Of a DNA stretch of 32,000 nt, positions 17,992 through 27,600 are shown piece by piece (positions within the stretch are counted from its first letter, which is position 1; each line of letters starts with the position of its first letter). The notes below the pieces were generated by a model, which worked only from the letters and a program-made list of their open reading frames with translations, was not told where the DNA came from and did no database searches. This DNA comes from Okeania sp. (GTDB lineage Bacteria > Cyanobacteriota > Cyanobacteriia > Cyanobacteriales > Microcoleaceae). Both the position numbers and the translations under genes were made by a program. The stretch covers positions 30,001 through 62,000 of the forward strand of contig NZ_JAYKGW010000042.1 of assembly GCF_035285525.1 (NCBI RefSeq), in the 5' to 3' direction.

Positions 17992-18427
17992 GTTGAGTTT
18001 GAGAGCAAAGTTTTATCAATTAAGACTTGCTGAAAAAGTATTTTTAAGAAAATAGGGTGATGGGGAGTAAATTTTTTTTGTCTAAACTATTGCCGAAAAT
18101 GCGCTCCTTTTTAATTTTTTCGGGAACCGTGCATGAATAGCTCAAACAACCAAACCTTTTTCCACCCTAAAAAGACTAAAAAATTGCTCAATAAACATTT
18201 TCCTATTTAATTAGCAAGTCCTAATTAAATAGGAATTGATTTTGACTATAAAAGCCAAGTTCAAAGTCTATATTAACTTAAAAAAATCCGGACATTTTGA
18301 AGATAGTTGCTGTTTTTTGACAACTCCCTTAGTTGCTTAAAATTTAGAATCAGTGTCTCAAATATTAATTTATTTTTTCATAGCAAGACGCTATTTTTTG
18401 TAAAATTTGAAAATATTAAACATCATC

Positions 18428-20185
18428 ATGGAATCTACTATTGAAAAACTGAAAAGTAAATTTGACAAAGCTTTAATTACTGCTTTTGGTCAAGATTTAG
18501 CAGGTAAAAATCCCTTGCTTGTTCCTGCAAGTAATCCCAAATTTGGAGATTATCAATGCAATTTAGCAATGTCTTTAGCTAAAAAATTAAAAGATAAACC
18601 AAGAGCGATCGCTACTCAAATTATCAACAATCTTGACATTACCGATTTTTGTCTACCTCCAGAAATTGCCGGACCTGGCTTTATTAATATTACCCTGAAA
18701 CCAGAATATATTCAAACCTGTTTAGAAATAATAATTAAGGATGAACGACTGAATATTTCTCTAGCTCAAAATCCACAAAGAGTTGTGATAGATTTTTCTA
18801 GTCCTAATATTGCTAAAGAAATGCACGTTGGGCATTTAAGATCGACAATTATTGGAGATGCTTTGGCGAGGGTATTAGAATTTCAGGGACATGATGTATT
18901 AAGACTAAATCATGTGGGAGACTGGGGTACTCAGTTTGGGATGTTAATTACTTATTTAAGGGAGGTTTTTCCGGAAGCTTTAAAGACTGCTGATGTTTTA
19001 GATATAGGAGATTTAGTTACTTTTTATAAGCAGTCAAAAAAACGGTTTGATGAGGATGAAGATTTTAAGGAAAGGTCGAGAAAAGAAGTAGTAAGTTTAC
19101 AAGCTGGTGCTGAGGATAGTCGTTTTGCTTGGCAACTTTTATGTAATCAATCTCGACGAGAATTTCAGGTTATTTATGACTTACTTGATATTAGTTTAAA
19201 TGAGCGAGGAGAGTCTTTTTATAATTCTATGTTACCTGGAATTATAGAGGAGTTAAATAAGTTAGGTTTATTGGAGGAAAGTGATGGTGCTAAATGTGTA
19301 TTTTTAGAAGGATTTACTAATAAGGAAGGTGAGCGTTTACCTTTAATTGTACAGAAGTCTGATGGTGGTTATAATTATGCTACAACTGATTTAGCTGCTT
19401 TAGTTCATCGCATAGAAAAAGAGGGGGCAAACCGATTAATTTATGTTACTGATTCTGGTCAAGGTAATCATTTTGCTCAAGTTTGGCAAGTGGCAAAAAA
19501 GGCTGATTGGATACCAGAAAATATAGAGGTTGTTCATGTTCCTTTTGGTTTGGTTTTGGGAGAAGATGGGAAAAAATTAAAGACTCGTTCTGGAGAAACA
19601 GTGAGGTTGAAAGATTTATTAGATGAGGCGATAAATAGAGCAAGGAATGATTTGGAAAAAAGGTTAAAAGAGGAAAATCGTTCTGAGAGTGAGGAGTTTA
19701 TTAAAAATGCTGCTCAAGTTGTTGGTTTAAGTGCGGTTAAATATGCAGATTTGAGTCAAAATCGAAATAGTAATTATGTGTTTAGTTTCGATAAAATGTT
19801 GGCTTTGCAGGGTAATACTGCTCCTTATTTATTATACGCTTATGTGCGGGTTCAAGGTATTGCTCGGAAGGGAGAAATTGATTTTGAAAAGTTGAGAAAT
19901 GATGCCAAAATTATTTTGCAAGATGAGCCAGAGTTGGTGTTAGGAAAACATTTATTACAGTTGAATGAAGTATTAAATATGGTGGCTATTGAATTATTGC
20001 CTAATCGTCTTTGTGAGTATTTATATGAGTTGAGTGAAAAGTTTAATAAGTTCTTTGAAAATTGTCCGGTTTTGAAGTCGGAAGAACCTGTGCGTACTTC
20101 TCGGTTATTGTTGTGTGATGTAACAGCTCGAACTTTAAAGTTGGGGTTGTCTTTATTAGGAATTTCTGTTTTAGAAAGAATGTAA
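18428..20185 (+). CDS. argS: arginine--tRNA ligase
   Basis: 585 aa from ATG 18428; the ORF track starts at TTG 18407. It has the class I HIGH-type motif ([14 protein letters not shown]) and typical ArgS blocks ([10 protein letters not shown], the anticodon-binding C-terminus ending LGISVLERM). A HIP1 site is at 18605-18612. Confidence 0.95.
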   Translation: MESTIEKLKSKFDKALITAFGQDLAGKNPLLVPASNPKFGDYQCNLAMSLAKKLKDKPRAIATQIINNLDITDFCLPPEIAGPGFINITLKPEYIQTCLEIIIKDERLNISLAQNPQRVVIDFSSPNIAKEMHVGHLRSTIIGDALARVLEFQGHDVLRLNHVGDWGTQFGMLITYLREVFPEALKTADVLDIGDLVTFYKQSKKRFDEDEDFKERSRKEVVSLQAGAEDSRFAWQLLCNQSRREFQVIYDLLDISLNERGESFYNSMLPGIIEELNKLGLLEESDGAKCVFLEGFTNKEGERLPLIVQKSDGGYNYATTDLAALVHRIEKEGANRLIYVTDSGQGNHFAQVWQVAKKADWIPENIEVVHVPFGLVLGEDGKKLKTRSGETVRLKDLLDEAINRARNDLEKRLKEENRSESEEFIKNAAQVVGLSAVKYADLSQNRNSNYVFSFDKMLALQGNTAPYLLYAYVRVQGIARKGEIDFEKLRNDAKIILQDEPELVLGKHLLQLNEVLNMVAIELLPNRLCEYLYELSEKFNKFFENCPVLKSEEPVRTSRLLLCDVTARTLKLGLSLLGISVLERM

Positions 20186-20189
20186 TTTT

Positions 20190-20270
20190 TACCGAAAAAA
20201 TTGGGGATAAAGCTTCCCTCAAAAAGGGGATGAAACAAATATTCGATTCAGTATTTCAAGCCTCTGATTT
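20190..20270 (-). repeat. TAAA-hairpin interspersed element, truncated copy
   Basis: TACCGAAAAAATTGGGGATAAAGCTTCCCTCAAAAAGGGGATGAAAC...CAGTATTTCAAGCCTCTGA. It begins 5 nt after the argS stop. The hairpin arm is replaced and it is followed by (CTGATAA)x2. Confidence 0.75.
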
Positions 20271-20917
20271 TCCTAGGTCATGCTGCGCAAATAGACAGAG
20301 ATACTGATAACTGATAACTGAAATGACCTCTATTTAACTTTTTTTTCGGTGGGAAAAAGTCAAAAAGTGAGTATTTTGAGATACAGAATTTTCCCTTGCT
20401 ATACCAGTTCCCATCTATTATTACTATACTTGAGGAATACTTCAGTCATCAAATAATTAACACAAACCAAATTATTTTTTGCCAATTTTAGCTAAGTTAA
20501 TGTGAATTTTTCTGATGTTTACTTCTTTTCTTGCTCCCCTACTCCCCTGCTCAATCAAATTTAGAAAACTTTTTGAGAAATGGTATTATGAGGTACTCCT
20601 CAGTAGGAGCATCTTTGTACTTCATAAAAGCTGATGAGCAATGCTTATCTCTTCTATAATTTTCTGTTCCTACTACAGATGTTGCATGACGTCTCTACCT
20701 CCTCCCTACCTCAACAAAAAAACTTTTCATAAGCAAACTCTATTTAAGGAGGGAAAATTTTAATATTGCATTTTTCTAATCTATGAGGTATAGTGTTAAA
20801 CCAACGTTGTTCCTCTTATAGTCATTCTGGTTTAGACTGAGACAATAATTTCTTACTGTTAAAAGGTTTCAGCTAAAAAAATGTTTCATTCTTATTCAGA
20901 ATAACTATAATTTATAA

Positions 20918-21147
20918 GAAACCCGGTTTCAACTTACAAGGTAAGCATTCAGCCCTTAACAGTCAGCAATCAGCTATTTATTTTAGTTTGAAATGAAAGC
21001 TTTATTAATTGAGATCAATTTAGTTTGGCTATCAAAACTGACTTTGAAGACTACACTCATTTAGAGCAACTCCGTAATTTTAGATAATGTTTGCTGAGTG
21101 CTGATGGCTAATAGCTGAATGTTTACCTTACAAGAAACCGGGTTTCT
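20918..21147. mobile_element. GTAAGCA-TIR MITE family, full copy with extended inverted ends
   Basis: The left end is AGAAACCCGGTTTCAACTTACAAGGTAAGCATTCAGC and the right end is GCTGAATGTTTACCTTACAAGAAACCGGGTTTCT. The internal blocks GAAATGAAAGCTTTATTAATT and CTATCAAAACTGACTTTGAAG are shared with other copies. It lies 114 nt upstream of the receiver gene start. Confidence 0.8.
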
Positions 21148-21260
21148 GAAGGTCTGGGTTTTTCAGTTATCAGTTATTCAGAGTCTTTTTGTTGAGACAT
21201 CTAATACTGAAGCACAAGACAAGTTAAACAATTTTAAATCCATAGTTTTACTTTATTGTT

Positions 21261-21704
21261 ATGTCTAAAAAGAAAGTTTTAATCGTAGATGACTGCGAAA
21301 TAATCAGAAAACAATGTTCTCGTATTCTCATCAAGATGGGATTTAATGTTAAATTAGCAAGTAATGGTTTAGAAGCAATAGAACAAGTAAAACTATACCA
21401 TCCTGATGTAGTAATTTTAGATATTATTATGCCAGAAATGAATGGATATCAAGTTTGTCGTCAAATCAAATCTCATCCTCAAACTAAGAATATATCTGTA
21501 ATTTTTTGTTCTAGTAAATGTTCAGAAGTTGATATTTATTGGGGTATGAAACAAGGTGCTGATGGCTATATTAGTAAGCCTGTAAAAAAGGATAAGTTAA
21601 TTACATTAATGTCAAGATTTAGTGGTTATAAAAATGAGATTAAAGAATATAGCGATCAGTCTCTTTATCAGGAAGGACGTATTCAGATTTTACCTAGTGT
21701 TTAG
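21261..21704 (+). CDS. single-domain CheY-like response regulator receiver
   Basis: 147 aa. It has the acidic pocket VDDCE, the phospho-acceptor context VVILDIIMPEMNG, and the conserved Ser/Lys positions (FCSSK, YISKP). Confidence 0.85.
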   Translation: MSKKKVLIVDDCEIIRKQCSRILIKMGFNVKLASNGLEAIEQVKLYHPDVVILDIIMPEMNGYQVCRQIKSHPQTKNISVIFCSSKCSEVDIYWGMKQGADGYISKPVKKDKLITLMSRFSGYKNEIKEYSDQSLYQEGRIQILPSV

Positions 21705-21742
21705 CAAGTAGTCGTCCCCAATAAATTTCTGATTAGAAAATA

Positions 21743-22648
21743 CTAAAAACCTAAATTTTGAGAAATTACTTCTAATAGAAATAAACCTGCTACAGAATTT
21801 CCTTGTTGGTTAAGATGAGGACTATAGGAAACAATTACTCCTGTTCCAGGAACTATTCCCAAAACAATTCCACTAACACTAGATTTGGTGGGAATTTTTA
21901 TTTTTATAGCATAATTAATTGAGGCTTCATATAAACCACAAGTAGTCATTAATTTTTGCACAGTTAAACAGTATTTTTGGCATTCAGGATGAGGTGCATT
22001 TACTAATAACATTCCGAGATTAGCTACATCGAATATCTTAGCAGATAAACAACAGATTTGATTATAAGTATCTAAACTAATTTCTGCTTCTTTTATACAG
22101 CCAGATTCTACTAATTTTTGAGCTATAGCTTGATTCTTTTGATTAGGTAAAGAACGAACCGAAGCCAACATATTTTCATCTAAAAATAATTGACAATTTC
22201 CATAGTTATTCAACCAACAACAAAAATTTTCACATCTTTCTATAGCAGTATTTCCTGGTAATAAAGATGATAAAGCGATCGCTCCACTATTAATCATCGG
22301 ATTTCGCGGCCATCCCTCATCAGTTTCTAATTGTTCTAAAGAATTAAAAGGTTTTTCTGAAGGTTCTTGACCAACTTTTTTAAATACAAATTCATTGCCA
22401 AATTTAGATAATAAATAGAATAACAGAAATGGTTTAATCACACTCATTAAAGGAACTTTGGTTTCCACATCCCCTAATGATATAATTTGATTATCAATAC
22501 TTTGCAAGACAACTGCAAAATTATTAGAGTTAGCTTCAGCAAGTAAAGGGATATAAGTAGGTAGTGTACCTGATTTACTTTTAGCTAATGTTTGTTTTAC
22601 CCATTTTGTTAATTCCTGTTCGTTAATTTCTGATAAACTTTTAAACAT
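21743..22648 (-). CDS. glsA: glutaminase A
   Basis: I prefer ATG 22648 (MFKSLSEINE...). Motifs are LPTYIPLLA, LMSVIKPF and NPMINSGAI. The 22 extra N-terminal codons in the ORF track (to TTG 22714) are encoded by a heptamer repeat array. A HIP1 site is at 22275-22282. Confidence 0.88.
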   Translation of the reverse strand: MFKSLSEINEQELTKWVKQTLAKSKSGTLPTYIPLLAEANSNNFAVVLQSIDNQIISLGDVETKVPLMSVIKPFLLFYLLSKFGNEFVFKKVGQEPSEKPFNSLEQLETDEGWPRNPMINSGAIALSSLLPGNTAIERCENFCCWLNNYGNCQLFLDENMLASVRSLPNQKNQAIAQKLVESGCIKEAEISLDTYNQICCLSAKIFDVANLGMLLVNAPHPECQKYCLTVQKLMTTCGLYEASINYAIKIKIPTKSSVSGIVLGIVPGTGVIVSYSPHLNQQGNSVAGLFLLEVISQNLGF

Positions 22649-22660
22649 AAAAATAGTAAA

Positions 22661-22702
22661 AGGAATAAGGAATAAGGTAGAAGGTAGAAGGTATAAGGTA
22701 GA
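22661..22702. repeat. heptamer tandem repeat (AGGAATA/AGGTAGA) x 6
   Basis: Direct reading, 13 nt upstream of the preferred glsA ATG (22648, minus strand). Confidence 0.9.
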
Positions 22703-22834
22703 AACTTTGAACAAAAAGGAATAAATGATAGAAATAACTATCTAAAATTAATTGAAGCAGCTATTTTAATCATTCAGCCATCAGCTATAAGCTAACAGCT
22801 TTGAATTAAGTGGTTTTCCAAAATAGATTTCCTA

Positions 22835-22933
22835 GTTGAAAGAAATAGGGAAAGGGGAACAGGAAGAAATAATTGATAATTTATCAACTAAGATTCGATA
22901 TTTATAATCTAATATTTCAATAATTAATAATTA
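22835..22933 (+). repeat. about 95-nt local direct repeat, copy A
   Basis: GTTGAAAGAAATAGGGAAAGGGGAACAGGAAGAAATAATTGATAATTTATCAACTAAGATTCGATATTTATAATCTAATATTTCAATAATTAATA is nearly identical to 23065-23157. Confidence 0.9.
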
Positions 22934-22945
22934 ACAATTAATAAT

Positions 22946-23047
22946 TACCAAAAAATTAGGTATAAAGCCTCCCCTGGTTCGGGGATGAAAAAACACTTAA
23001 CTAAGTATTTCAAGTCTCCGACTTTAGTCAAAGGTTCACTCTCTACT
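22946..23047 (-). repeat. TAAA-hairpin interspersed element, copy
   Basis: TACCAAAAAATTAGGTATAAAGCCTCCCCTGGTTCGGGGATGAAAAAAC...AGTATTTCAAGTCTCCGACTTTAGTCAAAGGTTCACTCTCTACT. Confidence 0.85.
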
Positions 23048-23064
23048 ATCTACTGATAACTGAA

Positions 23065-23157
23065 GTTGAAATAGGGAAAAGGGAACAGGAAGAAATAATT
23101 GATAATTTATCAACTAAGATTGGATATTTATAATCTAATATTTCAATAATTAATAGT
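23065..23157 (+). repeat. about 95-nt local direct repeat, copy B
   Basis: Near-identical to 22835-22933, with a period of about 230 nt. Confidence 0.9.
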
Positions 23158-23159
23158 TA

Positions 23160-23253
23160 CCCCTTCTTATAAAGAAGAGGATTGACTAACAAAACTCTTT
23201 TTTCTTTTTCCTCCATGAATGGAGGGGCTTTATACCTTAATTTTTTAGTAATT
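23160..23253 (+). repeat. TAAA-hairpin interspersed element, partial copy (opposite orientation)
   Basis: ...CCTCCATGAATGGAGGGGCTTTATACCTTAATTTTTTAGTAATT matches the 3' module of the family. Confidence 0.6.
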
Positions 23254-23439
23254 AATTTTGCTTATGAAATTATCAAATTAATTTTGCATAAGCACTTATT
23301 AACTTATGATAATACCAAAAAAGGCATTAGCTTCTCAAGAGAATTAAAATTTATGTTTGCGTTTGCGTAGCATCCCATAGGGAAGCATTCCCCAGGAAAT
23401 GCTGAATAATTAAACTCATTTAATACCTATTTATTTTCC

Positions 23440-24120
23440 ATGAAAAAACTAATAGTAATTACAGGGGTAAGTAAAGGTTTAGGTAGAGCAATGACTGATG
23501 AATTTATTAATTTAGGTCATACCGTTATAGGTTGCGCTCGTTCTCAATCTACTATAGAAAATTTAACTAATAAATATCCTCATTCACATCAGTTTAGTTG
23601 TGTCAATGTAGCAGATGAAAATTCTGTGCAAGAGTGGGCAAGTAAAACATTAACTAATTATTCACCGCCAGATTTATTAATCAATAATGCAGGTATAATT
23701 AATCAACCAGCACATATTTGGGAAGTTGATAGTGAAGAATTTTCCCAATTAATTGATATTAATATTAAAGGTGTGGTAAATGTGATACGTCATTTTGTCC
23801 CAGCTATGATTTCTAGGAGAAGTGGTATTATTGTTAATTTTAGTTCTGGGTGGGGACGTTCTACTTCTCCACAAGTTGGACCATATTGTGCTTCTAAGTG
23901 GGCAATAGAAGGTTTAACTCGTGCTTTAGCTCAGGAGTTACCGTTAGGAATGGCTGCTATTCCTCTTAATCCAGGAATTATTCATACTGATATGTTGGAT
24001 ATTTGTTTTGGAGAGGATGCAAAGTCTTTTTCCTCTGTTAAGTCTTGGGTAAAAAGAGCTGTTCCTTTTTTGTTGAAATTAAAACCCCAGGATAATGGGA
24101 TACCTTTGACTGTATCTTAA
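23440..24120 (+). CDS. short-chain dehydrogenase/reductase (SDR) family oxidoreductase
   Basis: 226 aa. It has the cofactor motif ITGVSKGLG, NNAG, and the catalytic S...YCASK triad context. Confidence 0.9.
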   Translation: MKKLIVITGVSKGLGRAMTDEFINLGHTVIGCARSQSTIENLTNKYPHSHQFSCVNVADENSVQEWASKTLTNYSPPDLLINNAGIINQPAHIWEVDSEEFSQLIDINIKGVVNVIRHFVPAMISRRSGIIVNFSSGWGRSTSPQVGPYCASKWAIEGLTRALAQELPLGMAAIPLNPGIIHTDMLDICFGEDAKSFSSVKSWVKRAVPFLLKLKPQDNGIPLTVS

Positions 24121-24215
24121 AAACCTGATAGTCAGAGTAAAAATTAGTATATTTTTTCAAAAATCTCTTACCAATTACTTATTTCTGACTTTTTTGTGAA
24201 TTCTGGTTTTTAAAA

Positions 24216-24297
24216 TGCGGATGAAGGGAATCGAACCCCCACTTCCGAAGAAACTAGAACCTAAATCTAGCGCGTCTACCAATTCCGCCACATCCGC
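24216..24297 (-). tRNA. tRNA-Leu (anticodon UAG)
   Basis: An 82-nt cloverleaf on the minus strand. The acceptor is GCGGATG/CATCCGC with discriminator A. The anticodon stem is CTAGA/TCTAG with loop TTTAGGT. There is a long variable arm (TTTCTTCGGAAGT) and a T-loop TTCGATT. CCA is not encoded. Confidence 0.88.
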
Positions 24298-24519
24298 ATA
24301 ATTTTAATATAACACACAAATCAAAATTTTTTGTATTTATTCTCAATTTTTTTTTAGATAGAGTTGTGAAAAAGTCTTGTTGCTATTTTTAGGGATTATT
24401 TAGGGCTTGCTGATTAAATTATAGAAGTATTGACATTCTCAAGTTTTGGCCTTCTTAAGTCGTGATTGATCAGGAACCGTGTACATCTTCTACAACTCCT
24501 TATTCCTCATTGACTCTTC

Positions 24520-24662
24520 ATATCAAATCCGCTGGCTTTGGAGGATAAGGTTATACCATCAGTATTAGCTAAAATTCCTAGCTTGTCAGGGTACAGTTCC
24601 CGAAAAATTGGAGACCAAACCCCTACAGCCTTAAATTCTACCAATACTAACGGATTTGATAT
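24520..24662 (-). mobile_element. GATATCAAATCCG-TIR MITE, copy 2 (inverted relative to copy 1)
   Basis: It has the same 12-nt TIRs (24520-24531 / 24651-24662). It carries the reverse complement of the CTGTAGGGGTTTGGTCTCCAATTTTTCGGGAAC.GTACCCT core. It ends 10 nt from the cyclase stop codon. Confidence 0.8.
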
Positions 24663-24664
24663 CA

Positions 24665-24692
24665 CTACTCCCTACTCCCTACTTCCTACTCC
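24665..24692. repeat. heptamer tandem repeat (CTACTCC) x 4
   Basis: Direct reading. On the minus strand it reads (GGAGTAG)n and encodes the last residues (..GVGSRE) and the TAG stop of the Amt-PAS-cyclase ORF. Confidence 0.9.
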
Positions 24693-27600
24693 CTTTCCTT
24701 GCAAAATATAAGCCTTCATTTTTCCCTTACCCTTTATATCAATGAATCCTCGTTCTGTAAATAAAAATTTGTGCTGCAAAATCCGATAAGTATTCTCTGT
24801 AACTTGGATTAATCCTGGTATGCCATGAGATTCCATGCGACTAGCAATATTTACGGTATCACCCCATAGGTCGTAGATAAATTTCTTACGTCCAATTACA
24901 CCAGCTACTACGGGGCCAGTATTAATACCAATCCGAATCCGAAAATCTCGTTGATGCTCATTAGTAAAATGTTCTACTTCTTTTAATATATCTAGAGCCA
25001 TTAAAGCGATCGCTTCGGTATGATTTTTCATTGGTTGAGGCAACCCACCGACAACCATATAAGCATCGCCAATAGTTTTAATTTTCTCTAAATTATACTT
25101 TTCTGCTAATAAATCAAACCTGGAAAAAATCTCATTTAACCAATAAACTAATTGCTCAGGATGAACGGAACTTGCTAACTCAGTAAAGCCTACTAAGTCT
25201 GCAAATAAAACTGTAACTTCGGCAAAGTCTTCTGCAATAATTTCTTGATTTTCTTTTAATTTATCAGCAATAGGTTTAGGGAAAATATTTAATAGTAATT
25301 TTTCTGACTTTTCCTGTTCTAAAAGTAAAGCTTGTTCTGTTTTTTTTCTTTCAGTTATATCACGACAAAGAGCTAAAATTAAATTACTATTACCTGCTTG
25401 TAATAAACCCCGACGTATTTCTACTGGAAAAGTTTTACCATTTTGGCATTTGTGTATTTTTTGTATAGTTATCGGTAAGCCAGGAATTAATTCTTGCCAC
25501 TTTTGCTCAATTTCTTCTGATAAATTTACCTCAATATCTTGTATATAAAGATTCAATAATTCTGCACGAGTATATCCTAAACTTTGAGAAGCAATTTGAT
25601 TGACATCAATAATTTTTCCTTGCAAATCGTGAATAATAAAAGCATCTGCTGCTTGTTCCATAATAGCTCTAAATTTTTCCTCACTTTCTCGCAAAGCTGC
25701 TTGTGCTAATTTCCTTTCAGTTATGTCTCGTATGGCAGTTACTTTATGTTGATTTCCATGATAAAAAAATTTTTTTGCTTCTATTTCTATGGGAAAAGTA
25801 GAGCGGTCTTTTCTAAGTCCAAATACTTCATAAGGTTTCTCATATCCAGAACTCAAATTTTGCCGTACTAAGTCTTGATATTTTGAGTCTATTAATTCTA
25901 ATCCATTCATGCCTATCATTTCTGATAGTTCATATTGAAACATTTGCAAAGCTGCACTATTTGCATCAACTATTTCTCCTAGTTCGTGAATAATAATTGC
26001 CTCAAAAGTTGCTGTAGATAAACTCCTAAATCTTTTTTCGTTTTCTCGAAGTTTTACTTCTGCTTTTTTTCTTTGAGAAATGTCTCTAAAAGTTCCGGTG
26101 TAAAATTTTATTTGATTTAATTTGGCTTCTCTAATAGCAATTTCCATAGGAAATAAAGAACCATCTTTGCGAATACCAACTAACTCGTAAAGATTTCCTG
26201 TCTCAGCAATATTAGATATCAAAAATTCTATATAATATTTTTTTTGATTGCTTTTTTTTTCTGCCTCTAAATCTGTTTGAATATCTGCTGAATTTGACTC
26301 TGCTAAATGAAGAAAATTTGGAAAATAAGACTGCCAGTTTTCCGGTTTAATATCCTCATTATTAAATCTATAATAAACATCTCCAATTTCTTGATTTGGA
26401 GAGAATATAAAACTTGGATAAACCCAGAAGTTTAATGGTTCTAATATTGATTTATTTACAGAAGGAAATAAATCATGACCGTTGATTTTTTCCATTGTTA
26501 ATGGATTAATAGTAAAATCAAGTATTTTAACAACAGGGATTCCTACTAATTCTTCAGACTTATAACCAAATATTTTCTCAACGCTAGGATTTGCACTAAT
26601 AATTTCTAGTCCTGATTTACTAAAAGTTATAATTCCATCTTTAGCAACCTTAATAATAGCATCATTTCTGGCAGTAACTTCTTCCAAAGCATCCATAACC
26701 TGATTATATCTTTCTGCAATTTGACCTACTTCTGTAAAAGGTTCTACAGGCACTCTTAAACTTAAATCTTGGTTACGAGCTTGAGAATTCATTACTTCAA
26801 AAAAATCTAATATTTCGGTTTTAGCATTGTGTTCAGAAACATTTAAACCAATATACTCATCTTCTCTAGAAACTCGGAATAAAAAAAACTTATTTGTAAT
26901 TAATAAAATTGGATATACAACACAAAATCCTAATATAAAAGCAGTACAAATTCCTAATAATTGAACAGTTAATTGTTGACTAAAACTAAGACCAGTATCT
27001 AATACTTCCCTCTTAGCAAATAAAGCTACTGCTAAAGTACCCCAAATACCCGCACCAAGATGAACTGGAATAGCTCCGACAGCATCATCAATCTGAATTT
27101 TTTCTAAAGCGTGCCCGACCACAATACTAACTATGCTACCAATAGCACCAATAACCACCGCAGAAAAAGCTGTAACTGCATGACAACTAGCTGTAATAGC
27201 AACGAGACCAGCTAAAGTTCCATTAATCAGTAGTTCAGCAGTGGGGATGCCAACAATATACCAACTAATCCCAAGAGTAACCATCATTCCTGCTACACTA
27301 GCAAGAACTGTATTGACAATAATATCAGCTACTTGTTCATTCAAGACTAGGGTGCTGCCACCATTAAACCCAAACCAACCAAACCAAATTAACATAGCTC
27401 CCAAAACTGATAGAGGCAAATTAGAACCATGAATTTTTTGCGGTGGGCGATCAGGAGGAAATCTACCAGTACGAGGTCCAATAACGAATAAAGCGGCCAA
27501 AGAAACCCAACCCCCAATACTATGAACAACTGTGGAACCTGCGAAGTCAATAAAACCACGTTGTCCTAACCAACCTGTTGATATACCTGCATTAACTCCA

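Noticed and set aside
22649-22714. 22-codon N-terminal extension of glutaminase from TTG 22714
   Set aside because: The extension (FKVSTLYLLPSTLFLIPFTIF) is encoded by the AGGAATA/AGGTAGA heptamer array. The ATG at 22648 gives a normal glutaminase N-terminus.
23182-23370. 62-aa ORF upstream of the SDR gene
   Set aside because: It starts inside a partial TAAA-hairpin element and ends in the GCATT..AATGC hairpin motif. It is AT-rich low-complexity sequence.
24121-24671. tRNA-Leu as an integration site for a genomic island
   Set aside because: There is no integrase, no direct repeat of the tRNA 3' end, and no foreign-looking genes on either side. The flanks contain only an SDR gene and the same repeat families found throughout the window.
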